A stretch of 64,000 nucleotides of DNA from Cyanobium sp. FGCU6 (GCA_024958655.1 JANWUR010000013.1:35043-99042), one strand, 5' to 3'. Shown: positions 9,004-18,479, counted from the first letter of the stretch. Notes: a model not told the origin generated them from the letters alone. Made by a program: numbers and translations.

Positions 9004-10344
9004 ATGTCCCGCCTGCTGCTGGCCCTCGGTCTCCCCCTGCTGCTGGCCCTCGTCCAGCAGCAATGGCTGAGCTCCCGGCCGCCGCATCTCGAGAAGCTCA
9101 GGGGAGCGGCGGCCAGCGCCGGGCCCGCCAGCCTGGAGGCGCGCTTCAGCCGGCCGATGTCCGTGGCCGCTCTGGAGCAGGCCAGTCGGCTGGAGCCGCC
9201 CCTCCCCCATCGCTGGCTGGGGCGGGGCGACACCGTGATGCTGGCGCTGGCGGCGGGACAACGGGTGAATGGCCCGCTGCGCCTCCACCTGGCCGGCCGC
9301 GACCATCGGGGCCTGGTCCTGCCACCCAGCACCTGGCGCTGGGATCCGCGCCCCCGGGTCGTGGCCGTGGTTCCTGTGCCCGGCGGCGGGGAGCAGCTGC
9401 GGCTGCGGGAACACGATGGCCGCTGGCGCGCCCTGACGCCCGCCCTCAGCCAGATCCCGCAGGTGGAAGCGCTCGGGGACGGTTCCGGGGTGGCCTTCAC
9501 CAGCGTTGACGCCCAGGGCCGGCAGCAGGCCTGGCGCCTCGACCTGCGCCAGAACAATCTCGCGCCGCTCACCACACCCCTCGCTCCACCCCGCCCCGGC
9601 CGCCTCCAACGCCTGGCCGGCGGAGCGAACGTGCTGTTCGCCCACCTCAGCGTCGACCGCCGCGGATCGCTGCTGGTGCAGAGCGGCGGCCTCTCAGCCA
9701 GCGACGGGAAGCTGGTGCTGTGGCCGCCACGAGGCGGACAGGAGGTGCTCAGCCTCAAGGCCTCAGGTCCGGTGCGGTTGCTGCCGGAGGGCGGCGGCCT
9801 GGTGGTGCCGGAGAGGGAGGGGTTGAGCCTGCAGTCCCTGCCGCCCAGGCCGCCGCGGCGCGACCTGCTGCCGGGCAGTCGCGATCTGGTGGCCTTCTGT
9901 CCCCGGGCCGGCCGGGCCCTGCTGGTGCGCCACTGGCCCGACTACCGGCGCTCCCTCGAGCTGGTGGAACCCGGTCGCTCGCCACGCCAGCTCTGGATCG
10001 GCCCGCAGGCGGTGGTGGCCGCCGCCTGCGGGGGCGCGGGCGAGCGGGTCTGGATGCTGCTGGTGGAAGGGCTGGCTCAGCCCACGCTCACCCTGGTGGA
10101 CCTCGACCGCCGTGGATCCCTGCGCAGCAGCCGGACGCTGCAGGACTGGGAACTGGAGCCCGGCGCGGGGCTGCACCATGACCCCACCGGCGACCGCTTG
10201 CTCACGGTGCTGCGGCCCCATGCCTCGACCACGGCAAACGCAGCGCCGCCACCGCCGCAGGTGGTGCTGATCGACACCACCGACCTGATGCCGCGGCCGC
10301 TGGGGCGCAGCGGACGGCAGGCGGTGTGGCTGCCGCCGGGGTAG
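9004..10344 (+). CDS. Periplasmic Ig-like + beta-propeller-like hypothetical protein of the permease operon
   Basis: N-terminal anchor, ARFSRPM Ig-like segment, repeated beta-strand/turn pattern; co-oriented in the operon. Confidence 0.7.
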   Translation: MSRLLLALGLPLLLALVQQQWLSSRPPHLEKLRGAAASAGPASLEARFSRPMSVAALEQASRLEPPLPHRWLGRGDTVMLALAAGQRVNGPLRLHLAGRDHRGLVLPPSTWRWDPRPRVVAVVPVPGGGEQLRLREHDGRWRALTPALSQIPQVEALGDGSGVAFTSVDAQGRQQAWRLDLRQNNLAPLTTPLAPPRPGRLQRLAGGANVLFAHLSVDRRGSLLVQSGGLSASDGKLVLWPPRGGQEVLSLKASGPVRLLPEGGGLVVPEREGLSLQSLPPRPPRRDLLPGSRDLVAFCPRAGRALLVRHWPDYRRSLELVEPGRSPRQLWIGPQAVVAAACGGAGERVWMLLVEGLAQPTLTLVDLDRRGSLRSSRTLQDWELEPGAGLHHDPTGDRLLTVLRPHASTTANAAPPPPQVVLIDTTDLMPRPLGRSGRQAVWLPPG

Positions 10345-10372
10345 AACGACCCCTGCGCACGCAGACGAGGCC

Positions 10373-10774
10373 GTGGCCATCCCCGCGAATGCACGGCAGG
10401 AGCTGCTGCTGGCCGAACTGCGGAGCGCGGGCTGTGAACTCAGCGGGCAGGACCTGCACGCGCGCCTGCGCGGCGGGCCCGCCGCCATGGGGCTGGCCAC
10501 GGTGTACCGCCACCTGCGCCAGCTGCAGCAGCGGGCCCTGGTGCGCTGCCGCCATCTGCCCAGCGGCGAGGCCCTGTTCGCCCCCACCGAGCGGGACGAG
10601 CACCACCTCACCTGCGTGGACTGCGGCCAGACCATGGCGCTGCCCCATTGCCCGGTGCACGACCTGCACCTGCCGGACCATGCTCTCAATGGCTTCCAGC
10701 CTCTCTATCACACGCTGGAGTTCTTCGGGCTCTGCGGCCACTGCCGCCACCGCCACGGCGACGACGACACCTGA
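10373..10774 (+). CDS. Fur-family regulator (Zur-like)
   Basis: GLATVYRHL HTH, HHLTCVDC and FFGLCGHC metal sites. Confidence 0.9.
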   Translation: MAIPANARQELLLAELRSAGCELSGQDLHARLRGGPAAMGLATVYRHLRQLQQRALVRCRHLPSGEALFAPTERDEHHLTCVDCGQTMALPHCPVHDLHLPDHALNGFQPLYHTLEFFGLCGHCRHRHGDDDT

Positions 10775-10864
10775 CCCTGACCAGGGCCCCGGCTCAGGGC
10801 GCCGGCCTCTGCCTAGGGTCAACAGGGCCCGTGACGGCCTCCTTCACCCTGCGCCTCCGCCGCG

Positions 10865-12007
10865 ATGACCACCAGCCCCGCTGTCGACGCCACGGCGATG
10901 GATCCGGTGCCCTCCAGCCTGCCGGTGACGATCCTCACCGGCTTCCTCGGCGCCGGCAAGACCACCCTGCTGAATCACATCCTCAGCAACCAGGAGGGTC
11001 TGAAGACCGCGGTGCTGGTGAACGAGTTCGGCGAGATCGGCATCGACAACGAACTCGTGGTGGCCACCGGTGAGGACATGGTGGAACTGAGCAACGGCTG
11101 CATCTGCTGCTCGATCAACGGCGAACTCCTGGATGCCGTCTACCGCATCCTCGATCGGCCCGAACCGGTGGACTACCTGGTGGTGGAGACCACCGGCCTG
11201 GCGGATCCGCTGCCGGTGGCGATGACCTTCCTGGGCAGCGATCTGCGCGACCTCACCCGCCTCGACTCGATCATCACCCTGGTGGATGCCGAAAACTTCG
11301 GCGAGGAGATCCTCGAGGGTGAGGTGGCCCGGGCCCAGGTGATCTACAGCGACATGCTGCTCCTGAACAAGTGTGATCTGGTTGACGAAAGCCGCCTGGA
11401 TCAGTTGGAACACGACCTGCGGCAGATCAAACCGGAGGCCCGCATCCTCCGCTCGGTCAAAGGGGAGGTTCCCCTGCCACTGCTTCTGAGCGTGGGGCTG
11501 TTTGAGAGTGACCGGGTGGTGGCGGCCCAGGAGTCCCCGGCACCAGTCGCGGCCGACGCGCACGACCACAGCGCCTGCGACCACGAGCACGGGCACTGCG
11601 AACACGACCACGACCCTGGGCACAACCACAGCCACGCCCATGGCCACGCGCCCGAGCATCACCACCATCACGACCACGGCGCCCATCCCGACCACCTGGC
11701 GATCGAGGGCTACACCTCGCTGTCCTTCAGTAGCGACGGACCATTCTCGCTGCGCAAGTTCCAGAACTTCCTCGACAACCAGATGCCGGAGAACGTGTTC
11801 CGGGCCAAGGGCATCCTCTGGTTCAACGAGAGCGAACGGCGCCACGTGTTCCACCTGGCAGGCAAGCGGTTCTCGATCGATGACAGCGACTGGACGGGTC
11901 CGCGCAAGAACCAGCTCGTGCTGATCGGCCGCGACCTCGATCACGACGCCCTCCGTCGCCAGCTTCAGGCCTGCGTGGCCCGCGATGCCGGGAAGGGCTT
12001 CGCCTGA
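10865..12007 (+). CDS. COG0523/CobW metallochaperone GTPase with a His-rich insert
   Basis: GFLGAGKTT, GCICC, ETTGLADP, RAKG; HDH...HHHHHDH segment. Confidence 0.95.
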   Translation: MTTSPAVDATAMDPVPSSLPVTILTGFLGAGKTTLLNHILSNQEGLKTAVLVNEFGEIGIDNELVVATGEDMVELSNGCICCSINGELLDAVYRILDRPEPVDYLVVETTGLADPLPVAMTFLGSDLRDLTRLDSIITLVDAENFGEEILEGEVARAQVIYSDMLLLNKCDLVDESRLDQLEHDLRQIKPEARILRSVKGEVPLPLLLSVGLFESDRVVAAQESPAPVAADAHDHSACDHEHGHCEHDHDPGHNHSHAHGHAPEHHHHHDHGAHPDHLAIEGYTSLSFSSDGPFSLRKFQNFLDNQMPENVFRAKGILWFNESERRHVFHLAGKRFSIDDSDWTGPRKNQLVLIGRDLDHDALRRQLQACVARDAGKGFA

Positions 12008-12066
12008 ACCACCACCGTCCCCATCCCATTTCATACTGAACCGAAACGACCCCAACCGGCGGCTGC

Positions 12067-12642
12067 ATGGCTTCCACCTCCCCCCGTTCTCTTGCTCTCA
12101 CCGCCGCCGCCGGGCTCGGTCTGAGCCTGCTCTCGGCCCTGCCCGCCGGGGCCCACGGATTCTCCGGTGAGGGGCTGGCGGCGGGTCTGGCCCACCCCCT
12201 GACGGGGCTCGACCACCTGCTGCTGCTGGTGGGTGTGGGCGGAGCCGCCGCGGCCATCGACGCGGCCCTGCTGGCCTTCGCCCTGGCCGGCGCCGTTCTG
12301 GGGGCGGCCTTCGGTGCCCTGGGCGGCACCCTGCCGGCGGCCGAACTGCTTGCGGCTCTGGCCATCAGCGCCATGGGCCTGCTGATGCTGCGCCGGGGTC
12401 AACCCTCCCGCCTCGCGCCCGTGGGTGCCCTGGTGGCCGCAGCCGTGGCGATCCACGCCATGCTCCATGGCCAGGAAGCCCCGGCCCAGGCGCTCTGGTG
12501 GCTGGGGGCCGCCCTCGGCTCGGGAGGCGTTCTCCTCGGCAGCTTCGCCCTGCTGCGACGCCTGGGAGACGCCTGGCTCGGCCGGCTTGCTCTGGTGCTC
12601 TGCCTGGCCGGCGGCGTTCTGGCCCTGATGCCCGCCGCCTGA
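12067..12642 (+). CDS. hupE: HupE/UreJ Ni/Co transporter
   Basis: Signal peptide, AHG, GLAHPLTGLDHL and HAMLHGQE motifs. Confidence 0.9.
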   Translation: MASTSPRSLALTAAAGLGLSLLSALPAGAHGFSGEGLAAGLAHPLTGLDHLLLLVGVGGAAAAIDAALLAFALAGAVLGAAFGALGGTLPAAELLAALAISAMGLLMLRRGQPSRLAPVGALVAAAVAIHAMLHGQEAPAQALWWLGAALGSGGVLLGSFALLRRLGDAWLGRLALVLCLAGGVLALMPAA

Positions 12643-12728
12643 GATCACCCTGGGTGAGGGGAACCGGCAGCAACGGATACGCCAGATCCAGCCAGCGGGG
12701 TTAGTGTGCTTCAACCTGATGCGGCCTC

Positions 12729-12866
12729 ATGACCGAGCTGATTCTTCTGGTGGCCGCCTTCGGCCTTCTCGGTCTGGTGTTCTGGTTGAGCGTCGATTCC
12801 GACGATGACAATGGCGGCGGCGGCCTCATGCAGCCCGCTCTGGTGCCCGTGCGGGTCCGCCGCTGA
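12729..12866 (+). CDS. 45-aa single-TM small protein (MTELILLVAAFGLLGLVFWLSVDSDDDNGGGGLMQPALVPVRVRR)
   Basis: Read manually; TM helix plus acidic DDD-GGGG-LMQP motif of a type seen in picocyanobacterial small proteins; GC3-rich codons. Confidence 0.75.
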   Translation: MTELILLVAAFGLLGLVFWLSVDSDDDNGGGGLMQPALVPVRVRR

Positions 12867-12898
12867 GCAGGCCCTCCTTCGTTCATTCCAGCCTTCCT

Positions 12899-12932
12899 TC
12901 GCCCTGATGTGACCTTGATCACATCAGGGCGA
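12899..12932. terminator. Perfect 14-bp inverted repeat (terminator-like) whose core is TGTGA-N6-TCACA
   Basis: tcgccctgatgtga-ccttga-tcacatcagggcga followed by a T-rich tract. Confidence 0.6.
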
Positions 12933-13010
12933 TTCTTTTGTTCCGGGCTCAGGCAGCGCAGTGCCTAGCTTCTTCGTTGCCTGGGGGCACTGACTCCCTT
13001 TCGTTCGCCC

Positions 13011-14627
13011 ATGCTCAGCCCCGGGGGTCGATCCCGCCGTCCCAGCCGCAGGATGCTGGCGGTTCTGGTGGTGGTTCTCTGCGCCGCCGCCCTGCTTCCC
13101 CTTCTCGGTCTGCTGCTGTTTGCGCTGGCCGGCCGTGGCGGGCTCAACCTCAGGAGTGACGGCTTCACCCCCCTGGCCCACACCCTCCTGCTGGTGCTCG
13201 GGGTGGGGGTGGGCGGAGCGGTTCTGGGAACCGCCAACGGCTGGCTCACCGCCTGTTGCGACTTTCCCGGTCGCCGCGGCCTGCGAATCGCCCAGCTGGT
13301 GCCCCTGGCCACACCTGCCTACCTTCTGGCAGCCACCCTGATCGATCTGGGGAGCCGGCTGAAGCTTCGCATCCATGGAGACGGCTGGGCCCTGGTGGTC
13401 CTCACCCTGGCCACCTACAGCTACGTGTTCCTGCTGGCCACCGAGAGCTTCGCTCAGGGCGGCCGCCGCCAGCTGGAGGCCTGTCGCAATCTCGGCTGCG
13501 GCCCCTGGAGCGCGTTCCGCCGGGTGGCCCTGCCCATGGCCCTACCTGCGATCGGGGCCGGCATCGCCCTGAGCGGCATGGAGGTGGTGAACGAACTCGG
13601 AGCGGTGGAGTTGCTGGGCGTCCCGACGCTCTCGGTGGGAATCCTGCAGCGCTGGCAGAGCGACGGCGATCCCCAGGGGGCGGTGGGTCTGGCCCTGCTG
13701 GCCCTGGCGATCGTGAGTCTGCTGGTGGCGGCCGAGCGGCGAATGCGTCACCGCAGCCGGCGCTGGAGCATGGGCGGAGCCGAGGCCAACGAACCGCTGT
13801 GGCAGCTGCGGGGAGCCAGGGCCAGCGGCGCCCAGCTGATCACCCTGCTGCCACCCCTGCTCACCCTCGGTCTGCCCCTGCTGTGGGCCGCGCTGAGCCT
13901 GGATCAGCTGGTGGGGGAATCCCCGCTCGAACTGGCCACCCTCAGCCTGCGCTCCCTCTCCCTCGCGCTGGTGGCCGCCGCCCTCACGCTGGCCGCCGGC
14001 CTGCTGCTCTCGATCGCCGGGCGCTGGCTGCCATCCCGCTGGCTGCAACGCCTCGGTTTCGTGGCGGGCATGGGCTATGCGGTGCCCGGTGCGGTGCTGG
14101 CCCTCGCCCTGATGCTGGTGGGCGGCCCCCTGCAGCTGGCGCCCCTGCTCCTGCTGGTGTGGGGCTACACGGATCGCTTCCTGGCCGTGAGCAAGCAGGG
14201 CCTCGAAGCAGGCCTGGAGAGGATTCCGCCCTCGATCGACGAAGCCGCCACGGGCCTGGGCTGCAGCTGGATCGAGGTGCTGCGGCGCATCCACCTGCCG
14301 CTGCTGCGGGGCCCCCTGCTGGTGGGTGCCCTGCTGGTGTTCGTCGACGTGGTGAAGGAGCTCCCCCTCACCTTCGCTTTGCGCCCCTTCGACTTTGACA
14401 CCCTCTCCGTGCGCGTCTATCAGTACGCCAGCGACGAGCGGGTGGGGGCAGCCCTGATGCCGGCCCTGCTGATCCTGCTGCTGGGCCTGGCGGCCGCTCT
14501 CGCCCTGATTCCCCAGCTCGAGCCGAGCGTTGGACGGCCTCGATCGGCGCGACGGTCACCTGCTGCAGAAGCTTCAGCCCCTGCAGTTGAGGCGGCCCGG
14601 GCGGCCAGCCTCACGGGCGTGGGCTGA
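13011..14627 (+). CDS. futB: Fe(III) ABC transporter permease
   Basis: Two permease halves with EAA-like loops (EACRNLGC, EAATGLGC); VKELPLT and YASDE motifs. Confidence 0.9.
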   Translation: MLSPGGRSRRPSRRMLAVLVVVLCAAALLPLLGLLLFALAGRGGLNLRSDGFTPLAHTLLLVLGVGVGGAVLGTANGWLTACCDFPGRRGLRIAQLVPLATPAYLLAATLIDLGSRLKLRIHGDGWALVVLTLATYSYVFLLATESFAQGGRRQLEACRNLGCGPWSAFRRVALPMALPAIGAGIALSGMEVVNELGAVELLGVPTLSVGILQRWQSDGDPQGAVGLALLALAIVSLLVAAERRMRHRSRRWSMGGAEANEPLWQLRGARASGAQLITLLPPLLTLGLPLLWAALSLDQLVGESPLELATLSLRSLSLALVAAALTLAAGLLLSIAGRWLPSRWLQRLGFVAGMGYAVPGAVLALALMLVGGPLQLAPLLLLVWGYTDRFLAVSKQGLEAGLERIPPSIDEAATGLGCSWIEVLRRIHLPLLRGPLLVGALLVFVDVVKELPLTFALRPFDFDTLSVRVYQYASDERVGAALMPALLILLLGLAAALALIPQLEPSVGRPRSARRSPAAEASAPAVEAARAASLTGVG

Positions 14628-14658
14628 GGCCGGCACCGGCGGCTGTGGAGAGGGGAGG

Positions 14659-14811
14659 TCAGTCCCGCCCGCAGCGGCACTTGCCTCCCTTCCAGTTGGA
14701 GCACTTCTTCTGCTTGCAGCCCTTCTTCTTGGCGGCCACCCGTGGAGCGCGAACGGCTCCTGCTTCGCCGGGACGGAGGGGCTCGCGTTCGTTACCGAGG
14801 GGCTGGGCCAT
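14659..14811 (-). CDS. 50-aa basic protein with a Cys-rich tail (GCKQKKCSNWKGGKCRCGRD)
   Basis: ATG at 14811; four Cys in the last 20 aa; lies between futB and fur. Confidence 0.6.
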   Translation of the reverse strand: MAQPLGNEREPLRPGEAGAVRAPRVAAKKKGCKQKKCSNWKGGKCRCGRD

Positions 14812-14828
14812 GGGGGTGAGGGGCTTGC

Positions 14829-14883
14829 TGCGAATGACTCGCAACCTAAACAACCCGCCGGCCTCTTTGCAAGCGATTCTCAA
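14829..14883. promoter_or_regulatory. Two candidate Fur/Zur-type boxes
   Basis: TGCGAATGACTCGCA (14829-14843) and TTGCAAGCGATTCTCAA (14867-14883) both resemble TGAGAATnATTCTCA. Confidence 0.4.
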
Positions 14884-14962
14884 TAGCGAGAAATGTTGCG
14901 ATGGCACGCCCCTGTCGATCTCCGCTCCGCATGGCTGCGTCGGTCGCGGGATCCCCGTGCCC

Positions 14963-15427
14963 TCAGGCCTGCTCGGCTGCCGCGCAAGCCGGGCAGAGCG
15001 CCCTCACATTGAGCACGCACTCAAGCAGCCGGAAGCCGTGCTGGCCGGCCGCCGCCTCACCGGCGGTGAGCACCGCCCCGCTCTCGAACTCCTCGGTACG
15101 GCCGCAGCGCACGCACACCAGGTGGTGATGGTCGGGATGGGCATCGCTGGCCAGTTCGAAGCGGCGGCCCCCTTCGGGCAATTCCAGTTCCTGCAGCAGG
15201 CCCATCGAGCTGAGCAGTCGCAGAGTGCGGTACACCGTGGCCAGCGACACCCGCTCACTGGAGCGGAGCAGGCGCTGGTGCACCTCCTCGGCACTGAGGT
15301 GGCTGCCCTCGCCGATGCGTTCGAACAAGGCCAGCACCCGCTGGCGCTGGGGGGTAAGCCGCTGACCGCGGTCGTGAAGGCTGGTGCGCAGGGCACTGGG
15401 CTGGGCGCGGGGCGTTTGCAGCGGCAC
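14963..15427 (-). CDS. fur: Ferric uptake regulator
   Basis: GQRLTPQR, HLSAEEVH, SLATVYRTL, HHHLVCVRCG, CPAC; GTG start with GGAGG RBS. Confidence 0.93.
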   Translation of the reverse strand: MPLQTPRAQPSALRTSLHDRGQRLTPQRQRVLALFERIGEGSHLSAEEVHQRLLRSSERVSLATVYRTLRLLSSMGLLQELELPEGGRRFELASDAHPDHHHLVCVRCGRTEEFESGAVLTAGEAAAGQHGFRLLECVLNVRALCPACAAAEQA

Positions 15428-15459
15428 CAGGCCCTCCCAAAGCCTCGCAACACTAAGCC

Positions 15460-16578
15460 CTATTGAGAACCGACGCCGGCCTTTCCCGTTGACAGCGCCC
15501 AGGCATCGCACTGAACCAGGGAGGCGCCCAGCAGGTCGGCCAGGGTGACCATCAGGCGGTAGCTCAGGGCCACCGCCAGCAGGGAGGCCTCCGGCAGTGT
15601 CCCCCCCAACCGCAGCAGCAGCACCGCCTCGAACACGCCCAGGCCACCGGGCGCTCCGGGAACCACCAGCCCGGCGGTCCAGGCCAGGGCGAAGCCCGCC
15701 AGCCAGGTGGGCCAGTCGACCGCCAGCTGCAGATCGAAGGCCCAGACGCAGCAGACGAAGCCGGCAAAGCGGAGCATCACGAACCCCAGCTGAGCCAGCA
15801 GCGGCCACCAGGGGAAACCGGGCAGGACCGTCGCGCTGGACGCGCCCGCCACCCGCTCGCCGACCATCTCATCGACAAGGCCCAGCTCCTGGGCCTTGCG
15901 CCGTTCCTGCCGCAGCAGCAACGGGCCGAGCCAGCGCGGCTGGAGCAGCATCAACGGCAGCAGGGTCAGCACACCGAGCCCGCCCTGCCAGCCCCCCAGG
16001 GTGACCAGGACCAGGGCGGCCACCGCCGCCAGCAGCGGCTCCAGCAGCACGGTGAGCAGGGCCTTGGCGGGTCCGATCGCCGCCTGCAGAGGCGTCTCGG
16101 TGCCCCGCAGCGCCTGGACCCTGCCGGCCAGGTGCCAGAACCCACCCGGCAGGAACTTACGGAGGTTGGTGGTGATGAACAGGCTCACCGTCGCCTGCCA
16201 GCGGGGCCGCAGCCCCAGCCAGCGCATCAACACGCCCCAGGCCAGCCCATTGACCACCAGGCTCAGCAGACTCACACCCACGCCCAGGGTGAGCCAGAGC
16301 CATCCCTGCAGATCGATCCGGAACAGGAGCAGCTGGCGACCGTGCTGGAACAGGGCCGCCAGCACAAAGCCGAGGCTGGCCAGCGTGATCCAGGGCCGCA
16401 GACCGCCCGGCAGCCGCAGCTGCAGCCGACGCAGCCCGGCGAGACGGGGGGCGAGCCCCTGCCATGCCTTCCGCGCGACACCTCGGAACCAGACGAGCAA
16501 CCTCCCCCCAAGGTGGGCGAGCCGGTCGCCCGGTGGGGGAGCACCCGGAAGCGGAGGCCTGGGTTGCGGCCCGCTCAT
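15460..16578 (-). CDS. Lysylphosphatidylglycerol synthase/flippase-like membrane protein (UPF0104)
   Basis: TNLRKFLPGGFWH, PGAPGGLGVFEA, SYRL. Confidence 0.85.
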   Translation of the reverse strand: MSGPQPRPPLPGAPPPGDRLAHLGGRLLVWFRGVARKAWQGLAPRLAGLRRLQLRLPGGLRPWITLASLGFVLAALFQHGRQLLLFRIDLQGWLWLTLGVGVSLLSLVVNGLAWGVLMRWLGLRPRWQATVSLFITTNLRKFLPGGFWHLAGRVQALRGTETPLQAAIGPAKALLTVLLEPLLAAVAALVLVTLGGWQGGLGVLTLLPLMLLQPRWLGPLLLRQERRKAQELGLVDEMVGERVAGASSATVLPGFPWWPLLAQLGFVMLRFAGFVCCVWAFDLQLAVDWPTWLAGFALAWTAGLVVPGAPGGLGVFEAVLLLRLGGTLPEASLLAVALSYRLMVTLADLLGASLVQCDAWALSTGKAGVGSQ

Positions 16579-17810
16579 GGCGTCGGCTCCCATGGCTCGG
16601 TGGCATCCACGGCCTGCATCACCTGGCGGCGCACCTGCTCCAGAGAGCAATCATGCCTGCGGGCCAATGCCACGAGATCATCATGCTCGGGCTTGGCGCG
16701 GCGACGGCCATCAGGCAGGCGGGCCCATTTGATCCGCACCGGTCCGAGCGCGGTCTCCACGCTCCCGCTCTGGCGCGGCAGGCGCCAGCGACGCTGCTCC
16801 TGCTCCCGCACCCCCAGGGTGGTGCCGTGCTGCCACCACACCCGCCGCAGTGAAGGCCCGCAGTCCGGCGGGGCCAGGGCAGTGATCAGCACACCCGGTC
16901 GCCCCTTCTTCATCGCCACGGGCTGGCTGAACACCTCGACGGCACCGGCGCAGCGCAGCTCTTCGATCAGAAAGGCCAGATCCTCCGGGGTGGCGTCATC
17001 GATCTGGGCCTGCTGCTGAAGCAGGGCCTCGGACTCGGCACCTTCTCCCTCCGGGCTCGGCGTCCCGGCCTCCTGCGGCAGCGGTTGGGCCAGAACCAGG
17101 CGCAACAGGTTGGGCCGATCCAGGCGGCGGCTGCCGAGCCCCACCCCCACCTGCCGGGGAATCGCCGTCGGGGCCGGGCCGAAGCGCTCGGCCCAGACCG
17201 CCGCCAGGGCCAGGCCGGTGGGAGTGGTGAGTTCACCGGGGGGGAATCCCTCGCTGGATCCGAGGGGAAGCCCGCGTCGGCGGGCGATCTCCAGCACCGC
17301 CGGGGCCGGGAGGGGCAGGCGGCCATGGGCGGTGGCCACCGTGCCATGGCCCGCCGGGGGCAGGCCCACCACGAGCTGAGACACCTTCAGATGGATCAAT
17401 CCCGCACACACGCCCACGATGTCCACCAGGGCATCGATCGCCCCCACCTCATGGAAGTGAACCTGCTCGGGGGCATGGCCGTGGACCGCCGCTTCCGCCT
17501 CCGCCAGCAGGGTGAACACCGCCAGTACCTTGTCCTGAAGAGCGGGCTCCAGGGCTGCGCCCGCCAGCAGGGGTCGCAGTTCCCCCCAGGCGCGGTGACC
17601 GGGCTGCCGCTCGGTGGCCTCCACCGCCAGGTGCAGCCCCCGGAGACCACAGCTACGCCTCTCCTCCACCTGCAGCCGGTAGCAGCGTGCCAGCCCCAAC
17701 TCGGCCAGGGGCCCGTGGATCACCGTTTCCGGCACCCCCAGATCGAGGAGCGCGGCCAACAGCATGTTGCCGGCGATCCCGGTGGGGACATCGAGCAGAG
17801 CCAGGCTCAT
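16575..17810 (-). CDS. larC: Nickel pincer cofactor biosynthesis protein LarC
   Basis: GIAGNMLL, VHFHEVGAIDALVDI, GELTTPTG, MKKGRPG, KPEHDD. Confidence 0.93.
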   Translation of the reverse strand: MSLALLDVPTGIAGNMLLAALLDLGVPETVIHGPLAELGLARCYRLQVEERRSCGLRGLHLAVEATERQPGHRAWGELRPLLAGAALEPALQDKVLAVFTLLAEAEAAVHGHAPEQVHFHEVGAIDALVDIVGVCAGLIHLKVSQLVVGLPPAGHGTVATAHGRLPLPAPAVLEIARRRGLPLGSSEGFPPGELTTPTGLALAAVWAERFGPAPTAIPRQVGVGLGSRRLDRPNLLRLVLAQPLPQEAGTPSPEGEGAESEALLQQQAQIDDATPEDLAFLIEELRCAGAVEVFSQPVAMKKGRPGVLITALAPPDCGPSLRRVWWQHGTTLGVREQEQRRWRLPRQSGSVETALGPVRIKWARLPDGRRRAKPEHDDLVALARRHDCSLEQVRRQVMQAVDATEPWEPTP

Positions 17811-18478
17811 GCGAGCGGCAATGGAGCAGGGTCCGGGCTGGCCTGCGGGCGGGGTCGGCCGAGGCGGGGGGCGGTCCGGAGCAGGCGATCGGCCTCGCCC
17901 TCGAGGTCGTGCCGCTGAAGGCGCAGCAGCGTGGTGATCTCGCGGCGGGCACGGCGCTGCTCGCGCTGGGCGGTGTCCACATCGAAGCCCGACAGGCCCC
18001 AGAGACGCCCGAGCAGGGCACGGTCATCACTGCCGCCCACGCTGCTGCCGTAGATCACTTCCTCAGCCACCATGCCGGCCTGCAGCACACGGCTCCAACG
18101 CCGCAGCTCCTCGGCGGGCATCTTGGCGTGCTCGGGGAGGGGAAATTCGGTGACGCCGCCTGCGGCCAGCCCCGCCTGCAGGCAGGCCAGGGTCCCCACC
18201 AGCACGCGCTGCACCGGCAGGTTCTCCGAGGCGGCCACCAGGGCATGACCGGCTTCATGGATGGCGACACGCCGCAGCCGACGCTCGCCACCGGGAAGGC
18301 TCTCGGCCAGCAGATGGCCGCCGCGGCCGCCGAGCCGCGCGGCATCGAGGGTGAGCAGGGCGAGCCCCAGCCCAGCCCCGAGGGCAATGGCTCCGGCGGG
18401 AAGTCCGAGCAGGGGGCCGAACACGGCGAGCACGGTGACCGCCGCCACGAACACCCCGGCCCTCAGAGCATTGGGCAT
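17807..18478 (-). CDS. Conserved cyanobacterial membrane protein with an FtsH/M41-like HEAGH motif
   Basis: Two TM helices, IHEAGH, AGMVAEE. Confidence 0.8.
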   Translation of the reverse strand: MPNALRAGVFVAAVTVLAVFGPLLGLPAGAIALGAGLGLALLTLDAARLGGRGGHLLAESLPGGERRLRRVAIHEAGHALVAASENLPVQRVLVGTLACLQAGLAAGGVTEFPLPEHAKMPAEELRRWSRVLQAGMVAEEVIYGSSVGGSDDRALLGRLWGLSGFDVDTAQREQRRARREITTLLRLQRHDLEGEADRLLRTAPRLGRPRPQASPDPAPLPLA

Positions 18479-18479
18479 G

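Noticed and set aside
12008-12066. Possible cobalamin riboswitch before hupE or cobW
   Set aside because: Spacers too short and lacking the conserved B12-box elements.
16575-17810. larC without larA/larB/larE nearby
   Set aside because: Dispersed lar genes are common in cyanobacteria; nothing unusual in this copy.
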